The translations under genes were made by a program, and so were the position numbers. The notes below the pieces were generated by a model. The model saw only the letters and a list, made by a program, of their open reading frames with translations. It searched no databases and was not told the origin of the DNA. DNA of 63,769 nucleotides, filler included, from Octopus bimaculoides (Eukaryota), in assembly GCF_001194135.2 (NCBI RefSeq). It is 4 parts of 4 records of this genome, joined end to end, with 100 filler letters (N's around TTAATTAATTAA, not from the genome) between each part and the next. Parts side by side here need not be neighbours in the genome. Positions count along the whole stretch, not along the records: positions 1 to 30,794 come from NC_069000.1; 3 more parts are not named here. One strand, given 5' to 3'. This document shows positions 13,437-27,139 of this stretch, one piece after another (within the stretch, counting starts at the first letter, position 1; every line of letters begins with the position of its first letter).

Positions 13437-13844
13437 ATATCTATCTATCTATCTATCTATCTATCCACACAAACATACTTATGCATACAGACATATGTAC
13501 ATACACATACAAAAATACATACACACACGCACGCACGCACGCACGCACACGGACGCACGGACGCATACGCAATCGCACGCACGCACGCACACAAAGATAT
13601 ACATTGAAACATTCCTACGAGGACTGTTCCAAAGGTTTTCTGTATTTTATACTTAAATTTACGACAGCAAGAAAAGAATACATTTATTTAACTTATTTTA
13701 GTTTTTGGTCAAATACTTTTATTTTTCAACACAATCACAGTTAACTTCATAATAATTTTCTTAACGGTCGCACAGGTGCTCAATGTCTTTCAACTAAAAC
13801 TGCTTGTCTTTGCTTAGCCAGCTGCTGTTCGCTGTAGCCGCATG

Positions 13845-13945
13845 CAGTTGTGAAATTAACGTGCAAGTGGCTGAGCACTCCACAGACACGTGTACCCTTA
13901 TGACCGCGATTCCGCTGCCCTAAACACTGGACCATTGCGCCTCCA
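13845..13945 (-). mobile_element. SINE family C fragment
   Basis: GTGAAATTAACGTGCAAGTGGCTGAGCACTCCACAGACACGTGTACCCTTA is the reverse complement of 51585-51640. Confidence 0.85.
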
Positions 13946-14656
13946 CCATGTTAAAAAGAAGGAATTAAAATTAGTCATTACTTATTTTGCCCCACTTTAG
14001 AGATCATTTGTTTGAAAATTGAAAATGACCAAATTAGACATTAATGTGAAAAAAATTGACTTGCAATCCAACAGGGAAAAGAATTTTGATCGTTAAGCAA
14101 CAAAAATTATCCAGATATTTTATCAGCAGCCTCAATTACATTAGGGTAAAATTTGAGGAAAAATTTCTTGAAGAAAAGTACTTGTCACCTGACAATGTTT
14201 CGAACTCTCTCGACTTCAACAACAGCAACAACCATGCTGACCAATTTTTATTCCCAAAGACGATGCAACAGAACAAAATGGTGATGCAATACTTGCAATG
14301 TAATAGTTTCAAACACAAAGGAGGAAAACAACGCAAAATCCGGAATTACTCACAAGAGAAAAGCAATGAAAATCTTAAAATATGGTAAAACTACATATTC
14401 ACACACACATAGAGGCACGCATGCACACACACACACACACACACAGATATACAGACATATCAACATAATCTTTGAAGTGAAGAGGGATTGGTCGTAAACT
14501 GTTCTACCAACGGCATTATCTTTTCTAAAAGGTCATACTATCTATGTATATGTGTGTGTGTGTATTTGTGTTAGTGTGTGTGTGTTCCAAAAGTTATAAC
14601 CCTGATTATAATCTCCAAATTATTTCTTTTTATTTGGTTGCTTTATTACAATACAT

Positions 14657-14727
<71 letters not shown>

Positions 14728-14749
14728 CATATATATATACATATGTATA

Positions 14750-14935
14750 TAGGGGAGAATGTACGAAAAAACAACAACAGACGAGGACAGGTGGTGTAAA
14801 TAACAAAAGGATGTATTAGTATGACGCTCGGGAATACGGAAAGTCTTTGACGTTTCGAGCTACGCTCTTCAACAGAAAGAATACGGAGACAAGGAAAAAA
14901 ACACGGAGAAAAAAAATTGAATAGTGTTCAGTCAA
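14750..14935 (-). mobile_element. Short Penelope-derived terminal repeat; a further gap-truncated copy end lies at 4608-4639
   Basis: Homologous to 9680-9840. AGGGGAGAA..AAAACAACAA is shared with 4612-4639. Confidence 0.6.
14844..14880 (-). ncRNA. Minimal hammerhead motif with core mutation (CUGUUGA)
   Basis: Stem I UCUUU/AAAGA; CUGUUGA plus A; stem II GAGC-GUA-GCUC; GAAA; ACGU; GUC site. The A6>U change probably inactivates it. Confidence 0.6.
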
Positions 14936-15032
14936 CGGTCAATCATAATGTATATACATACGTATATTTATGTATATACATATGTATATATATATATATG
15001 TATATCTGTGTATATATGAATATATAACTATA

Positions 15033-15142
15033 TACGAATATGTGTGTATGAAAAGTTTTGAGCCTTCAAGGCCTTTGAACCTTGAAGTCTTGTACCATGT
15101 TTTTTTTTTTTGAGGCTCAAGACTTTTGATACACCCCTCGTA
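15033..15142. mobile_element. About 110-bp mariner-derived MITE
   Basis: Left TACGAA..GTGTATGAAAAGTTTTGAGCCT matches the reverse complement of the right end AGGCTCAAGACTTTTGATACACCCCTCGTA; TA ends. Confidence 0.7.
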
Positions 15143-15143
15143 C

Positions 15144-15180
<37 letters not shown>

Positions 15181-15208
15181 TGTATCTGTGTGCCCGCGCG
15201 TGTGTATG

Positions 15209-15239
<31 letters not shown>

Positions 15240-16915
15240 TAATACAAAGAATATATATACATGTATACACACATATATGTACATACTTACATCTACATGT
15301 GTATATATATGCATATCAGGGTACAGGACGTTAGAACAATGAACTACAGACAACGGAACAAACACATAGGAAAACGGAAAGCCACTTGGAATATCCATTC
15401 ATCAGCTGTCTCTATTCTAACTAGACGTTTCGAAGATAAGACAGAACGTACTCTAGAATAGTCTCTTCCTGAGTAGTGGATCAACCCACTACACAGAGGA
15501 TTCCAAGGTGACAAACACAAACCAAGACAGGAAAAATTGGACAGTGAAAACAACATTCAAAAGCCGTACGGCCAAACGCGAATCTGAGGTAGAAATGTAT
15601 GTATGTATGTATGTATGTATGTATGTATGTATGTATGTATGTATGTATGTATGTATGCGTGTATATGTATATATTTATAGCGAAATGGAATATAGATACA
15701 CGCGTACTGCACAAAGCACATCTTAATTCGTCTGAACGTTGTATTTTCACAGAAGTTTCTTTGTAACTGATTTTCTTCCTCTCTCCCTCTCCCTCTTCCT
15801 CCAACACAACGTGCACGGGGTTAAGATGTTCCCGTTTGAATCACGTGTCACTGAATGTCATTTTTGGTAAGACTTATATTGTGTTGTCTCCGGTCAGAAT
15901 TATGCCATCGCGTTCTGTTCACTGTTCTCTTTTGTCTGACAGTCGTTTTCTTGTTTTCTTCAGGTCTAGCTTTTATATATATATATATATATATATACTC
16001 TCCAAATCAAATCTGATTGGACAGATTTCTTGCGACACCATAACTCGAAAATCCAAAAGTTGATTACATTGAATTTTATTGGCTAGATTTTTGCCGACGT
16101 CACCACTCAATTTGTCAAGATTGTAGTTGCTTCCAAAAGGCAAGTTTGAATGAGAGTGTACATGTGTTGTACACCTCTTTCGCTGAGAATAACGTTATGG
16201 GGTTGTTGATTCAACGACCCAGGGGTCCCGATTATTGAAATCACAGGCATATNNNNNNNNNNNNNNNNNNNNNNNNNNNNNNNNNNNNNNNNNNNNNNNN
16301 NNNNNNNNNNNNNNNNNNNNNNNNNNNNNNNNNNNNNNNNNNNNNNNNNNNNNNNNNNNNNNNNNNNNNNNNNNNNNNNNNNNNNNNNNNNNNNNNNNNN
16401 NNNNNNNNNNNNNNNNNNNNNNNNNNNNNNNNNNNNNNNNNNNNNNNNNNNNNNNNNNNNNNNNNNNNNNNNNNNNNNNNNNNNNNNNNNNNNNNNNNNN
16501 NNNNNNNNNNNNNNNNNNNNNNNNNNNNNNNNNNNNNNNNNNNNNNNNNNNNNNNNNNNNNNNNNNNNNNNNNNNNNNNNNNNNNNNNNNNNNNNNNNNN
16601 NNNNNNNNNNNNNNNNNNNNNNNNNNNNNNNNNNNNNNNNNNNNNNNNNNNNNNNNNNNNNNNNNNNNNNNNNNNNNNNNNNNNNNNNNNNNNNNNNNNN
16701 NNNNNNNNNNNNNNNNNNNNNNNNNNNNNNNNNNNNNNNNNNNNNNNNNNNNNNNNNNNNNNNNNNNNNNNNNNNNNNNNNNNNNNNNNNNNNNNNNNNN
16801 NNNNNNNNNNNNNNNNNNNNNNNNNNNNNNNNNNNNNNNNNNNNNNNNNNNNNNNNNNNNNNNNNNNNNNNNNNNNNNNNNNNNNNNNNNNNNNNNNNNN
16901 NNNNNNNNNNNNNNN

Positions 16916-16958
<43 letters not shown>

Positions 16959-17503
16959 GTATAGTCAAAATTTATATATATATATACGCACACACACATG
17001 CGCGCACACGCATGCACACACACAAACACCCACACACACACACAAACACACAGATACACACTCAAATATATATATATATATAAATATGCTCCCGAGTTTA
17101 CCACGTCAAATTCCAACGAAATCTTGGTTATCAAATGGTGTTAATTATTTGCCAACCAAAATATTCACGTTGTATATCGCAATCTATTTTTTACTCTTTG
17201 GTATGGATCCTTTAATTATTCACACACACAGACAGACACACACACACACACACACACTGTAATACATAATTACACACAAACAAACGCATATATGGAAGCT
17301 CAAATTTTGAGCAACATATATTACATACACTCGGGTACATTGTGAAACTTAAGGAAATGCGCAAGTAAATTTATGCGTTATAAATCCCGCATACATTCAC
17401 ACGCTCACACCGCACACACACACACACGCAAGCACACACACATACATACACACACGCACACACACATACAGACGCATATGTTTTGTATGTATGGCGATAT
17501 GCA

Positions 17504-17542
<39 letters not shown>

Positions 17543-17557
17543 ACGACTGGATTTTTT

Positions 17558-17625
<68 letters not shown>

Positions 17626-17886
17626 NNNNNNNNNNNNNNNNNNNNNNNNNNNNNNNNNNNNNNNNNNNNNNNNNNNNNNNNNNNNNNNNNNNNNNNNNNN
17701 NNNNNNNNNNNNNNNNNNNNNNNNNNNNNNNNNNNNNNNNNNNNNNNNNNNNNNNNNNNNNNNNNNNNNNNNNNNNNNNNNNNNNNNNNNNNNNNNNNNN
17801 NNNNNNNNNNNNNNNNNNNNNNNNNNNNNNNNNNNNNNNNNNNNNNNNNNNNNNNNNNNNNNNNNNNNNNNNNNNNNNNNNNNNNN

Positions 17887-17930
<44 letters not shown>

Positions 17931-18524
17931 CATATATGTATGAATATATGTGTGTGTGCATGTGTGAGTATGTGCGTGTGTGCATGCGTGTCTATAACGT
18001 GTTCTCATATGTGTATAAATGTATAACTGTTTTTGTACGTAAAATTTGTACGTAAAAGCTTCGTAAAATTTATGTTGCCTTGAAAACTGTGGGCATAATA
18101 TTTACTTTCATTATAAACGAATGCGTGTACGCGCGCGTGTGCTTATTCACGTGCTTACATGTTCAAGTGTGTGTGTATGTGTATATGTGTATTCAAGTGT
18201 GTACGTGTGTGTGCGTATGTGTATGTGTATATGTCTGTGTGTGTCTTCTATGCCAAAAAGTATATATATAGCTTTTGATATCCTATGTGAATATTTGTTA
18301 GTAAAATAAATAGCACCATTTGATAACCTAGATTAATTTAGAATTCGACGAGGTGAAAAGATAAAGTGTGTTAATTGTTGCTTGCTTTGGCGAATTGTGA
18401 TGATGGCGGCGATGAGGGTGATGGAGGCTGCAGTAGTAGTAGTAGTAGGAGGAGTAGCAGTAGTAGAAACATTAACAACAAAAAAAATATCGAATACGTT
18501 GGCATTTTATATTGTATCCTTTTT

Positions 18525-19025
<501 letters not shown>

Positions 19026-19188
19026 CCTATGCATGTATGTTTGCATGTACGTATGTATGTACGTATGTGTGTATGTATGTATGTATGTATGTACAGAAAT
19101 ACAAAAGAATGAACGGAAAATCCACACACAAGACATGAACGTGCCGATTCCTCGTCATCGTTCAAGAAGGTCATTACAATATCACACA

Positions 19189-19236
<48 letters not shown>

Positions 19237-19489
19237 CGAGTTAGGTTCCTGTGACGAGCCTACGAAACTTTAAGTTGCATGGGATCGAATAAAACTGGTA
19301 CGGCGTAGTGGAACACATTTCGTTAGCTTCCAGTTGAAGACAAAGATATTATACAACCTCCTTCCGATTATATTGGTGGTAGTAAAGATGTAATTTGAGG
19401 GAAATTTGGCTGTTATTGCAAGCAGATAATGTGCTCAAGCAATGGCTTCATCGTTGCCTCTCAATAAATTACTAGTTGTGGTTGTTATT

Positions 19490-19559
19490 GTTGTTGCTTT
19501 TCGATGTTGTTGCTTTTCGATGTTGTTGCTTTTCGATGTTGTTGCTTTTCGATGTTGTT
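19490..19559. repeat. 16-bp minisatellite, about 4 copies (TGTTGTTGCTTTTCGA)
   Basis: Exact tandem copies visible. Confidence 0.95.
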
Positions 19560-19825
19560 TAGTTATTAAATCAAGCCTGGAGGAGCAAATCTATGATCAA
19601 AAGCATTCTAGTTTTGACAATCTTACACCATTCCTCTCACCAGTATAATGGATTTAGGATTACATTACATAAAGTGTCCTTTCTTATTAAAGACCGTTGG
19701 GTACTATATGATATAGATTTGGCTGCTATCTTTGGCAGGAAGAGTGCTCGCTTAGACACATCACGATTGGCTCGTTGGAAAGCCTCGTTCCCGTCTACTA
19801 CGAAAAAACAGCTTCATAAGGTAAC

Positions 19826-19905
19826 ACCATGATAAATGGCAACAGACTTTGTGGCGACTGCAAAGAGACAATCGACTGCATTGTCTCTAAGTCACCCAGA
19901 TCCGG
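19826..19905 (+). mobile_element. RLE-type LINE zinc-knuckle fragment
   Basis: NRLCGDCKETIDCIVSKSP resembles the CRLCG..ETI.HI.S.C knuckle that precedes RLE domains. Confidence 0.45.
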
Positions 19906-20449
19906 TTGCTGCTGTGCTTGTTGTTGCTGCTGTTGTCGGAACTTTGAATATATCAACAGCAGACATAGAAGAAAGCTTGGTCAAAAAAGAAAGAAAAAAA
20001 TAAATAATAATAAATAAAATAAAAACTATATACATTGGAAGAATAGTCAATACTATAAATGTTTTGATATTTTGACACAGAAAGTAGTTGGCACCAGTTC
20101 ACACTAGAGTCTGAAAATGAAAATGAGAGAAAGAAAAAAAAATGAGACAAAATAATACCAAAGAAAATGGTGGTGTACATACTGGCGTAAAGATGAGGAC
20201 ACTTTTTGCCTTGATACGATTATCAAAGACAATAATGAAAAAAACGCCCCCTCTACCATTACAACCACTAACTCGTTCTTATATTTATGCACAAACAAAG
20301 GCAGGGAGGGATAAGTTTTCTGGTATAAGCTGAAAAAATATTTGTCACTAATAAACGAAAGAGTTAAAGACTGAATAGAAATGAGTTTTCTTGTTCATTA
20401 TGTGTGTCAGCATTTCAATATATTTCGGACAACTCGTATTTGTAATGTA

Positions 20450-20637
20450 GTATGTCCTCCGCCTCCCGCCAGATCATCCAACAAGGATCTTAGTCTCGTT
20501 CGACGCGGCAGCTGCGGCTAGGAGGAAACCTCGTGACAGGCTCCGCACTAGATGGCTGGATGTCATTAACGGCGATCTCCCAAGGTTCGACACCATCCTG
20601 GAGAATGCAGAAGCGCTGGCACAGGGCCGCCAGCGAT

Positions 20638-20673
<36 letters not shown>

Positions 20674-20800
20674 GTGGCACTGGCGGATCTGGACGGCTCT
20701 ACGCACGATGACGCCCCTGGGACCTATTAACCTGGGAGATGACCCCAACCACATCAAGCAAGAGCATGCGTGAGTGAGTGAATGAATGAATGAATGTTGC
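20450..20800 (+). mobile_element. RTE LINE 3' end with (GAGT/GAAT)n tail, interrupted by (GT)n
   Basis: VLRLPPDHPTRIL...RRKPRDRLRTRWLDVINGDL...AEALAQGRQRW matches the RTE C-terminal R..GRP..RW.D....DL..A.DR..W pattern; short-repeat tail at 20768-20797. Confidence 0.85.
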
Positions 20801-20824
20801 ATACGTTTAACTATCTCTTTTGTT

Positions 20825-21145
20825 TTTTTTTATTTGTTTCAGTTATTGCACTATGGTCATGCTGAGGCACAGCTTTGATAAGCTTTAGTCCAGTGGTTCC
20901 CAAACTATTTCGTGTTGCTGTCCTCCCTACTAGTTGTCAATCGAGGTGACACACAGACAAAAAAAGCACATACAGACGCTGACACACACACATATACGAC
21001 AAGCTTCCATTCAGTATCCGTCAACCAAATTCACTCATAAGGAATCGGTCAGCCTGGGACAATAGTAGAAGGTACCTGCCCAAGATACCGCGCAATGGGA
21101 CTGAACTCGAAACTTTGTGGCTGCTAAGCAAGCTTCTTAATCGCA
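20825..21145 (-). mobile_element. SINE family A, rearranged, with a hAT-like terminal fragment at 20890-20925
   Basis: Family A head and tail motifs flank CAGTGGTTCCCAAACT. Confidence 0.7.
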
Positions 21146-21154
21146 AAGCCTTGC

Positions 21155-21244
<90 letters not shown>

Positions 21245-21729
21245 GCATGCACCAGCACATAACCATGCATGCGCCTGCACATAGCCATACCTACTGAACT
21301 CCACTCAATTTATACATTGCCATCTTAAGAAAAGAAAGAAAACGAGACTAACAGCACATTAGATAATCTAAGTCTGAGACAAAAATATTGGGATGATCAC
21401 GGCTGGAATGTCGTGCTAATATATTTTCACTTTTACTCAGTTCATAGGTAAAGGGATCGAATCAGAAACCGCGTCATGAGAAGCGAACTTCTTAACTACA
21501 CGTTCATGCACGCAAATAAATAAATACTCAGATAGCATTTGACCGGAAGTTGTGTGTCGCGACAGAAAAGCTTAAACAGATGTTCTGTCTCTTATCGTCT
21601 GTATCGAAAAAAGCGAAGAAAGAATTGAATAAAATACAATAAAACAGAAAAAAGAAAAGAAAAATGAAAAGAAGGGCAATTAGGAAAATAATCGTCTTAT
21701 TAATAAATGTTAGATTATTGTAGTATAGG

Positions 21730-21905
21730 AAGATATATTTTTTTAACGTGTAAGTACTGATAGAACAGTATATATAGAGGATAAAATCCTTACTGAGCAG
21801 AAAAATCTGTCAGTAGACTGGTTGCTGACTGATTTTTCTGCTCAATAAGGAGTTTATCCTATATATGTTGTTCTATCAGTACTTAGACGTTGAAAAATAT
21901 ATCTT
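21730..21905. repeat. About 175-bp fold-back palindrome (MITE-like)
   Basis: TAAGTACTGATAGAACAG..GGATAAAATCCTTACTGAGCAGAAAAATCTGTCAG pairs with CTGACTGATTTTTCTGCTCAATAAGGAGTTTATCC..TTCTATCAGTACTTA; about 11-nt loop. Confidence 0.95.
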
Positions 21906-22127
21906 TCTAAGCGCTTCAAAAACAAACCTGTGTTTGTTTAGATATGACGTAATTAGATTTATTGTAATTATAAGTGTTTTATAGAGAAATGGAAGCTAGA
22001 TGGGATCTGCTGTGTTGGCAGTGGTAGGAGGGAAATGTGGTTTACGAAAGTTTTGGTGAAATAAACGAGAATAAAATGACTATAATCGTTGTCTGTTGGA
22101 CATACCAATATATATTATACATATATA

Positions 22128-22212
<85 letters not shown>

Positions 22213-22615
22213 NNNNNNNNNNATATTGGTATACCTTTATGTGTGTAAATATATAAGCATACCTACGCAATCACTCACATGCACATGAACGTAACTGATG
22301 AAGTAGTAAACATTCCGAAAGTTGTGAGCCGGTGTTTCTTTGTTTTTTTTTTCTGATGCCAGAAAAAAGTAAATGGGATTTAACTGTAGTGTATACTTTT
22401 AACAGGGAAGTTTAAAATGGATGCTTCTTAAAAACTCAGACTCGTAAGTCTGTCTTACATATGTATGTCAAACAAAAACGCTTTGAAGGGCTTCTATTAT
22501 TCAATTAATATATACATCAATATGACATCATATATAAAGATGTAATATAGACAAACAGCTGCAGACTGTTATTTTCAAAGAACACCGTCTTAAGATCTAT
22601 TTTTCGAAATAACAT

Positions 22616-22740
22616 CCGCCATTTTGAATATAAAATCGAAGCTCTTTCTATAACTAAAGTATTTCATTGAAAGAGTTTAGCAAGAAGAACAGCTGGTAAT
22701 GATAGGCATCAAGATCACGTGACATATCTCCACCTTCCGG
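22616..22740 (-). promoter_or_regulatory. Possible core-promoter motif cluster (YY1, E-box, ETS)
   Basis: CCGCCATTTT 22616-22625, TCACGTGA 22715-22722, CTTCCGG 22734-22740 in non-repetitive sequence. Confidence 0.25.
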
Positions 22741-23009
22741 ACGAAATATACGTCTCTTAAGACTCGCACTAATTAGCTGTCAAAATACGTATTAATAATT
22801 AAGACCGCCACCATCATGTAATTTGAGGTTCTATTGTATATCTTAGACGATAACGAAGGAAGCCACAATAATTATAATATAACAGAGGTTCCATGTGTCA
22901 AGCAGTTTTCGTACATTAATTGCTTTTAATTTAAAGTCATGAAGTAATGAAATTAAATGTGTACGGCTACATACGTATAAGCATGCACACATACGGGGAT
23001 ATCTTTCCT

Positions 23010-23098
23010 CTATCTTTTACTTGTTTCACTCATTATACTACGACCATACTGAGGCACCGCCTTGAAGAAATGTAGTCGAACGAATTGATCCCAGTACT

Positions 23099-23172
<74 letters not shown>

Positions 23173-23280
23173 GTTTTAAGCCTGATACTTATTCTACTTT
23201 TCTCTTTTGCCGAGCCACTAAGTCACAGGAGCTTAATAACACCAACGTCGGCAATCGACACTGGAACACAGACAGACAGA

Positions 23281-23317
<37 letters not shown>

Positions 23318-23465
23318 CGGACTTCTTTCATTTTCCTCAAAGAAATCAACTAACAAGGCTTTGACAGGTCTGAGGATAATTCAGAAGACACTTTCCCAAG
23401 ATGCCACGCAGTGGGAACGAGCTCAGGAATATGCGGTTGGGAAGCAAACTTAATACCCGTGTTGC
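23010..23465 (-). mobile_element. SINE family A, full length, with (TATC)n and (CA)n expansions
   Basis: Head, middle and tail motifs are collinear with 18525-19025. Confidence 0.85.
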
Positions 23466-23567
23466 AGAAGTGCATACATACATACATACATGCATACATA
23501 CATACATACATACATACGTTCATACATACATACATACATACATACATACATACATACATACATACAT

Positions 23568-23980
23568 CTACAGTTACTCTATCCAGATTACAAGTTCAGG
23601 TTTATACCTGTAATTATTAGGGCCCTGGGATATGTTACACACTGTCTAAATACCAATCTTGAGAAATTAGGTTTCTCAAAACCAGAAAAGAGAAAGTTAA
23701 TTCGAAGACTACAGATCCAATCCATCACTGGAACTGTAAAGATCTGTAAAACTTTCCAGAAGTTTATCATTTAAATATATATGAGCATGTCTAGACAAGC
23801 AACTATATGCATGAGAATACTTACATAAGACATACAAATCTGTACATACATACATACATACATACATACAAAAATACCCCGTTGTTGATGTTGAAATTCC
23901 AATGAAGGAGCCTTCGATCTAGGTTAGAAACCGATTCTTTCTCTATTGGCAAGGAAATCTTGAAATAAACTGAATAATGA
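23568..23980 (+). mobile_element. RLE-type LINE, 5'-truncated 3' end, flanked by (CATA)n on both sides
   Basis: LQLLYPDYKFRFIPVIIRALGYVTHCLNTNLEKLGF...LQIQSITGTVKICKTFQKFII*. ORF and UTR are homologous to 49551-50082. Confidence 0.85.
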
Positions 23981-24724
23981 CATACATACATACATACATA
24001 CATACATACATACATACATACATACTTATACATCATTATACCATCAGCATCAGACGTCCAGGCGTAGAGGGCTGTTCAAAATGCCTTTTTTTAGAAAAGT
24101 CTTTTTCTACAATTATGCCAGCTCTTTCAGCTTAAATCAGTGGCTTCTGTTAGAAGTAAGAAAAACACCTTTTACTTATCAACGTAGCGTTATTCAAACT
24201 AGACTACAAAATATATCATAAACCAAGTGGGATCTCGCTTTTACGATCATGGGTTGAATTGAGGAAAAATGACACCAACACTGACATACATACACAACAC
24301 TCACGTGCGCGCACATATATGCATGTATGCACGTGTGTGCGTGCGTCCGTACGCGCGCTTTCTAATGTGTTGTTGTTTAACGTATATGTTGTTAAACTTA
24401 ATAGTCAGCTATCAAGTTGGTAGTAAAATATCAAGAATGTTAACAACTTTGCGTTTTTTCACAAACATATCCCCTTATAATTTGTGGTGCAAGGTTAGGA
24501 AATAGAAAGAATATATCCACCTGAAAGCTCATAGAATAAACAGAAATAAAAGCTACTTTCTTAGCGCCTTGAACAAGTCGCATCATATTTCAAAAAGTGT
24601 CTGGAAAATACAGAAATATAAACAAGGACGTCGCAGTCATCATTAAAGATACATATTGTAATATCGGTATGCTGTGGATAAAAGAAGCTATTCTAATGAA
24701 ACACTACAAGCAATAATTTGCACT

Positions 24725-24925
24725 CGGCCTAAGTGGTTAGGGTATTACACTCATGATCGCAAGATTGTAGTTTCGATTCCCAGACCGGCGGCACGTTGTG
24801 TTCTTTCACGTTTCTCCAGTCCACTCAGCTGTGAAATGAGTAATCCTGCGGCGGATTGGAATCCCGTTCAGGGAGAACGTTGTGATCCCGGTCACTTATA
24901 CGTCATGGAAACTGGGTAACTAGCC
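24725..24925 (+). mobile_element. SINE family C variant
   Basis: CCTAAGTGGTTAGGGTATTACACTCATGATCGCAAGATTGTAGTTTCGATTCCCAGACCGG head. Confidence 0.8.
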
Positions 24926-25104
24926 CTATGAACCCCAGGACTCGGGACAGTAATGTCCAGGGGGTGATGGTGACGACGATGATGATGATAGAAAAGGTGC
25001 TCGTGGATACACCAAATACCATGCACTACAATACTTGACCCAAACCTCCTCGCACACATGGTAGCCCAGCCCGAAATTAACAGCCAATGGAATAAAATCC
25101 ACAG

Positions 25105-25200
25105 TCAATAATTGTACAACTTCACCTACATAGCAATTCGAATATCTCACATAAGGATTCCATATACTAACTGCATAATTTATAATTCTCAATTGTTTTC
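25105..25200 (-). mobile_element. Possible CR1/L2-type LINE fragment
   Basis: RIINYAVSIWNPY...GEVVQ resembles the R..LEYA..VW.PY...LE.VQ motif downstream of RT. Confidence 0.35.
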
Positions 25201-25372
25201 AAGGCATTTGAAAAGCAGTTTACAACTCGAAATATCAAAACTAATATGGTAACGCTTCAATGTCTTTGTTGTTATTAGTTTAAAAAAAAAAAATTTAATG
25301 CTCTATCTGCATTGCTGTAGCACACAAATACTTTTCTTATCTATTCCCCAAAATAACTGAAATAGGTTACAG

Positions 25373-25416
<44 letters not shown>

Positions 25417-25894
25417 TGTACTTGTGAAAATAGATTTATTTATTTACGTATTTATGTATGTATGTATGCATAGTACATATAGTATGTATATATGTAGTAT
25501 AGTACATACATACCATATAACACACAAAGAAACCCCTGGTATAGAATTCGTTACATATCATGACTCAAACTTCACACTTAAAGGACCTTTTGCATCCATT
25601 ATCGGATTCCCTTCATCTTGTTGTTTCTCTCGTGTTCTTCGTTGTTGTTGCGTTTTTTTTTCTTTTTCTCCTTTCTCCCTTCCTTATACTTATCTTTCTT
25701 CTACTCGATTTATATTTTTCACCTCTTCTCTTTCTCCTCTTCCTCCTCCTCCTTTCATCTCCCCCTTCTCTCCGTCTGCCTCCTTCAACTCCGATTTGTC
25801 TCCCTTTCTCTCTTCGCCATCCATGAGCTGAAAGTGACAATGTGTTTGATGGTTATAAACAAAACAAGAGAGAGAGAGAGAGAGAAAGAGAGCG

Positions 25895-25942
<48 letters not shown>

Positions 25943-27139
25943 CAGACAGATAGAGAGAGAGACAGAGAGAGAGAGAGAGAGTCAGAGAGACAAAGAGAAA
26001 TAAAGACAGAGACAGAGAAATTGATACTGAGAGGCAGAAATATGAAGGGATGAAAGAGAGAGTGGTGGAGAGGAAGAAAGTGTAATTAGTTAAGTATCTT
26101 TCACTTCTGCTTTTCCTTGGTCACCACTACCATCACCACCACCACCACAACATTACTACTGTGACTACCACTACTATTACAACCACGACCACCACCACGA
26201 CCAACACTAACACCACCTGCGTCATTAAAACCACACGCATCGCGTTTGTCCTGTCCCAGCCCCCCAACCCACGCCCCTACTTTGTCCTATTGATATTTCC
26301 CACTTCCAATCGCTGCAACGTTACCACCACCACTACCACCACCACCACCACCACCACCATCACCACCATAACTTTCCTAAATCCATACTCCTGCCAACTA
26401 CCCACCTCTATCGCTAATTGTAACTCCCACCATCACCACCACCACCACCACCACCACCACNNNNNNNNNNNNNNNNNNNNNNNNNNNNNNNNNNNNNNNN
26501 NNNNNNNNNNNNNNNNNNNNNNNNNNNNNNNNNNNNNNNNNNNNNNNNNNNNNNNNNNNNNNNNNNNNNNNNNNNNNNNNNNNNNNNNNNNNNNNNNNNN
26601 NNNNNNNNNNNNNNNNNNNNNNNNNNNNNNNNNNNNNNNNNNNNNNNNNNNNNNNNNNNNNNNNNNNNNNNNNNNNNNNNNNNNNNNNNNNNNNNNNNNN
26701 NNNNNNNNNNNNNNNNNNNNNNNNNNNNNNNNNNNNNNNNNNNNNNNNNNNNNNNNNNNNNNNNNNNNNNNNNNNACACACACACACACACACATGTATA
26801 GTAAAATGCTGCACAGAAAGACGACGAAGGAATATAAGGAAGACAGGAGAAATCCACAGTTGACGTGAAGTCGCTCTTCCCTCGTCAGTAATTCGGCCAA
26901 ATATCTTCACAATTTCGACACTTTATCATATATATTGTTCAATATGTTGACGTCAACAGTAAAACGCTACTGGGATATAAATGAGCGGACATGAAGGACA
27001 GAATTAGACTGCGGCCTGTAAATAAACAAAAAAGAAACCATAAGTGTATGGAAACATCATAAAGCACTGATGTATTCTGTTTGGAAGACCGTTTAGTTTA
27101 ATTCTATTTTTAAGTCCTGACTTAAAAGTTTTTAACTTT

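Noticed and set aside
14056-14388. 110-aa non-repetitive ORF
   Set aside because: No recognisable motif or convincing splice boundaries; length is compatible with chance.
19245-19290. GTGACGAG-CCTA-CGAAAC hammerhead-like string
   Set aside because: C3 is missing, stem II is 1 bp, and there is no convincing stem I.
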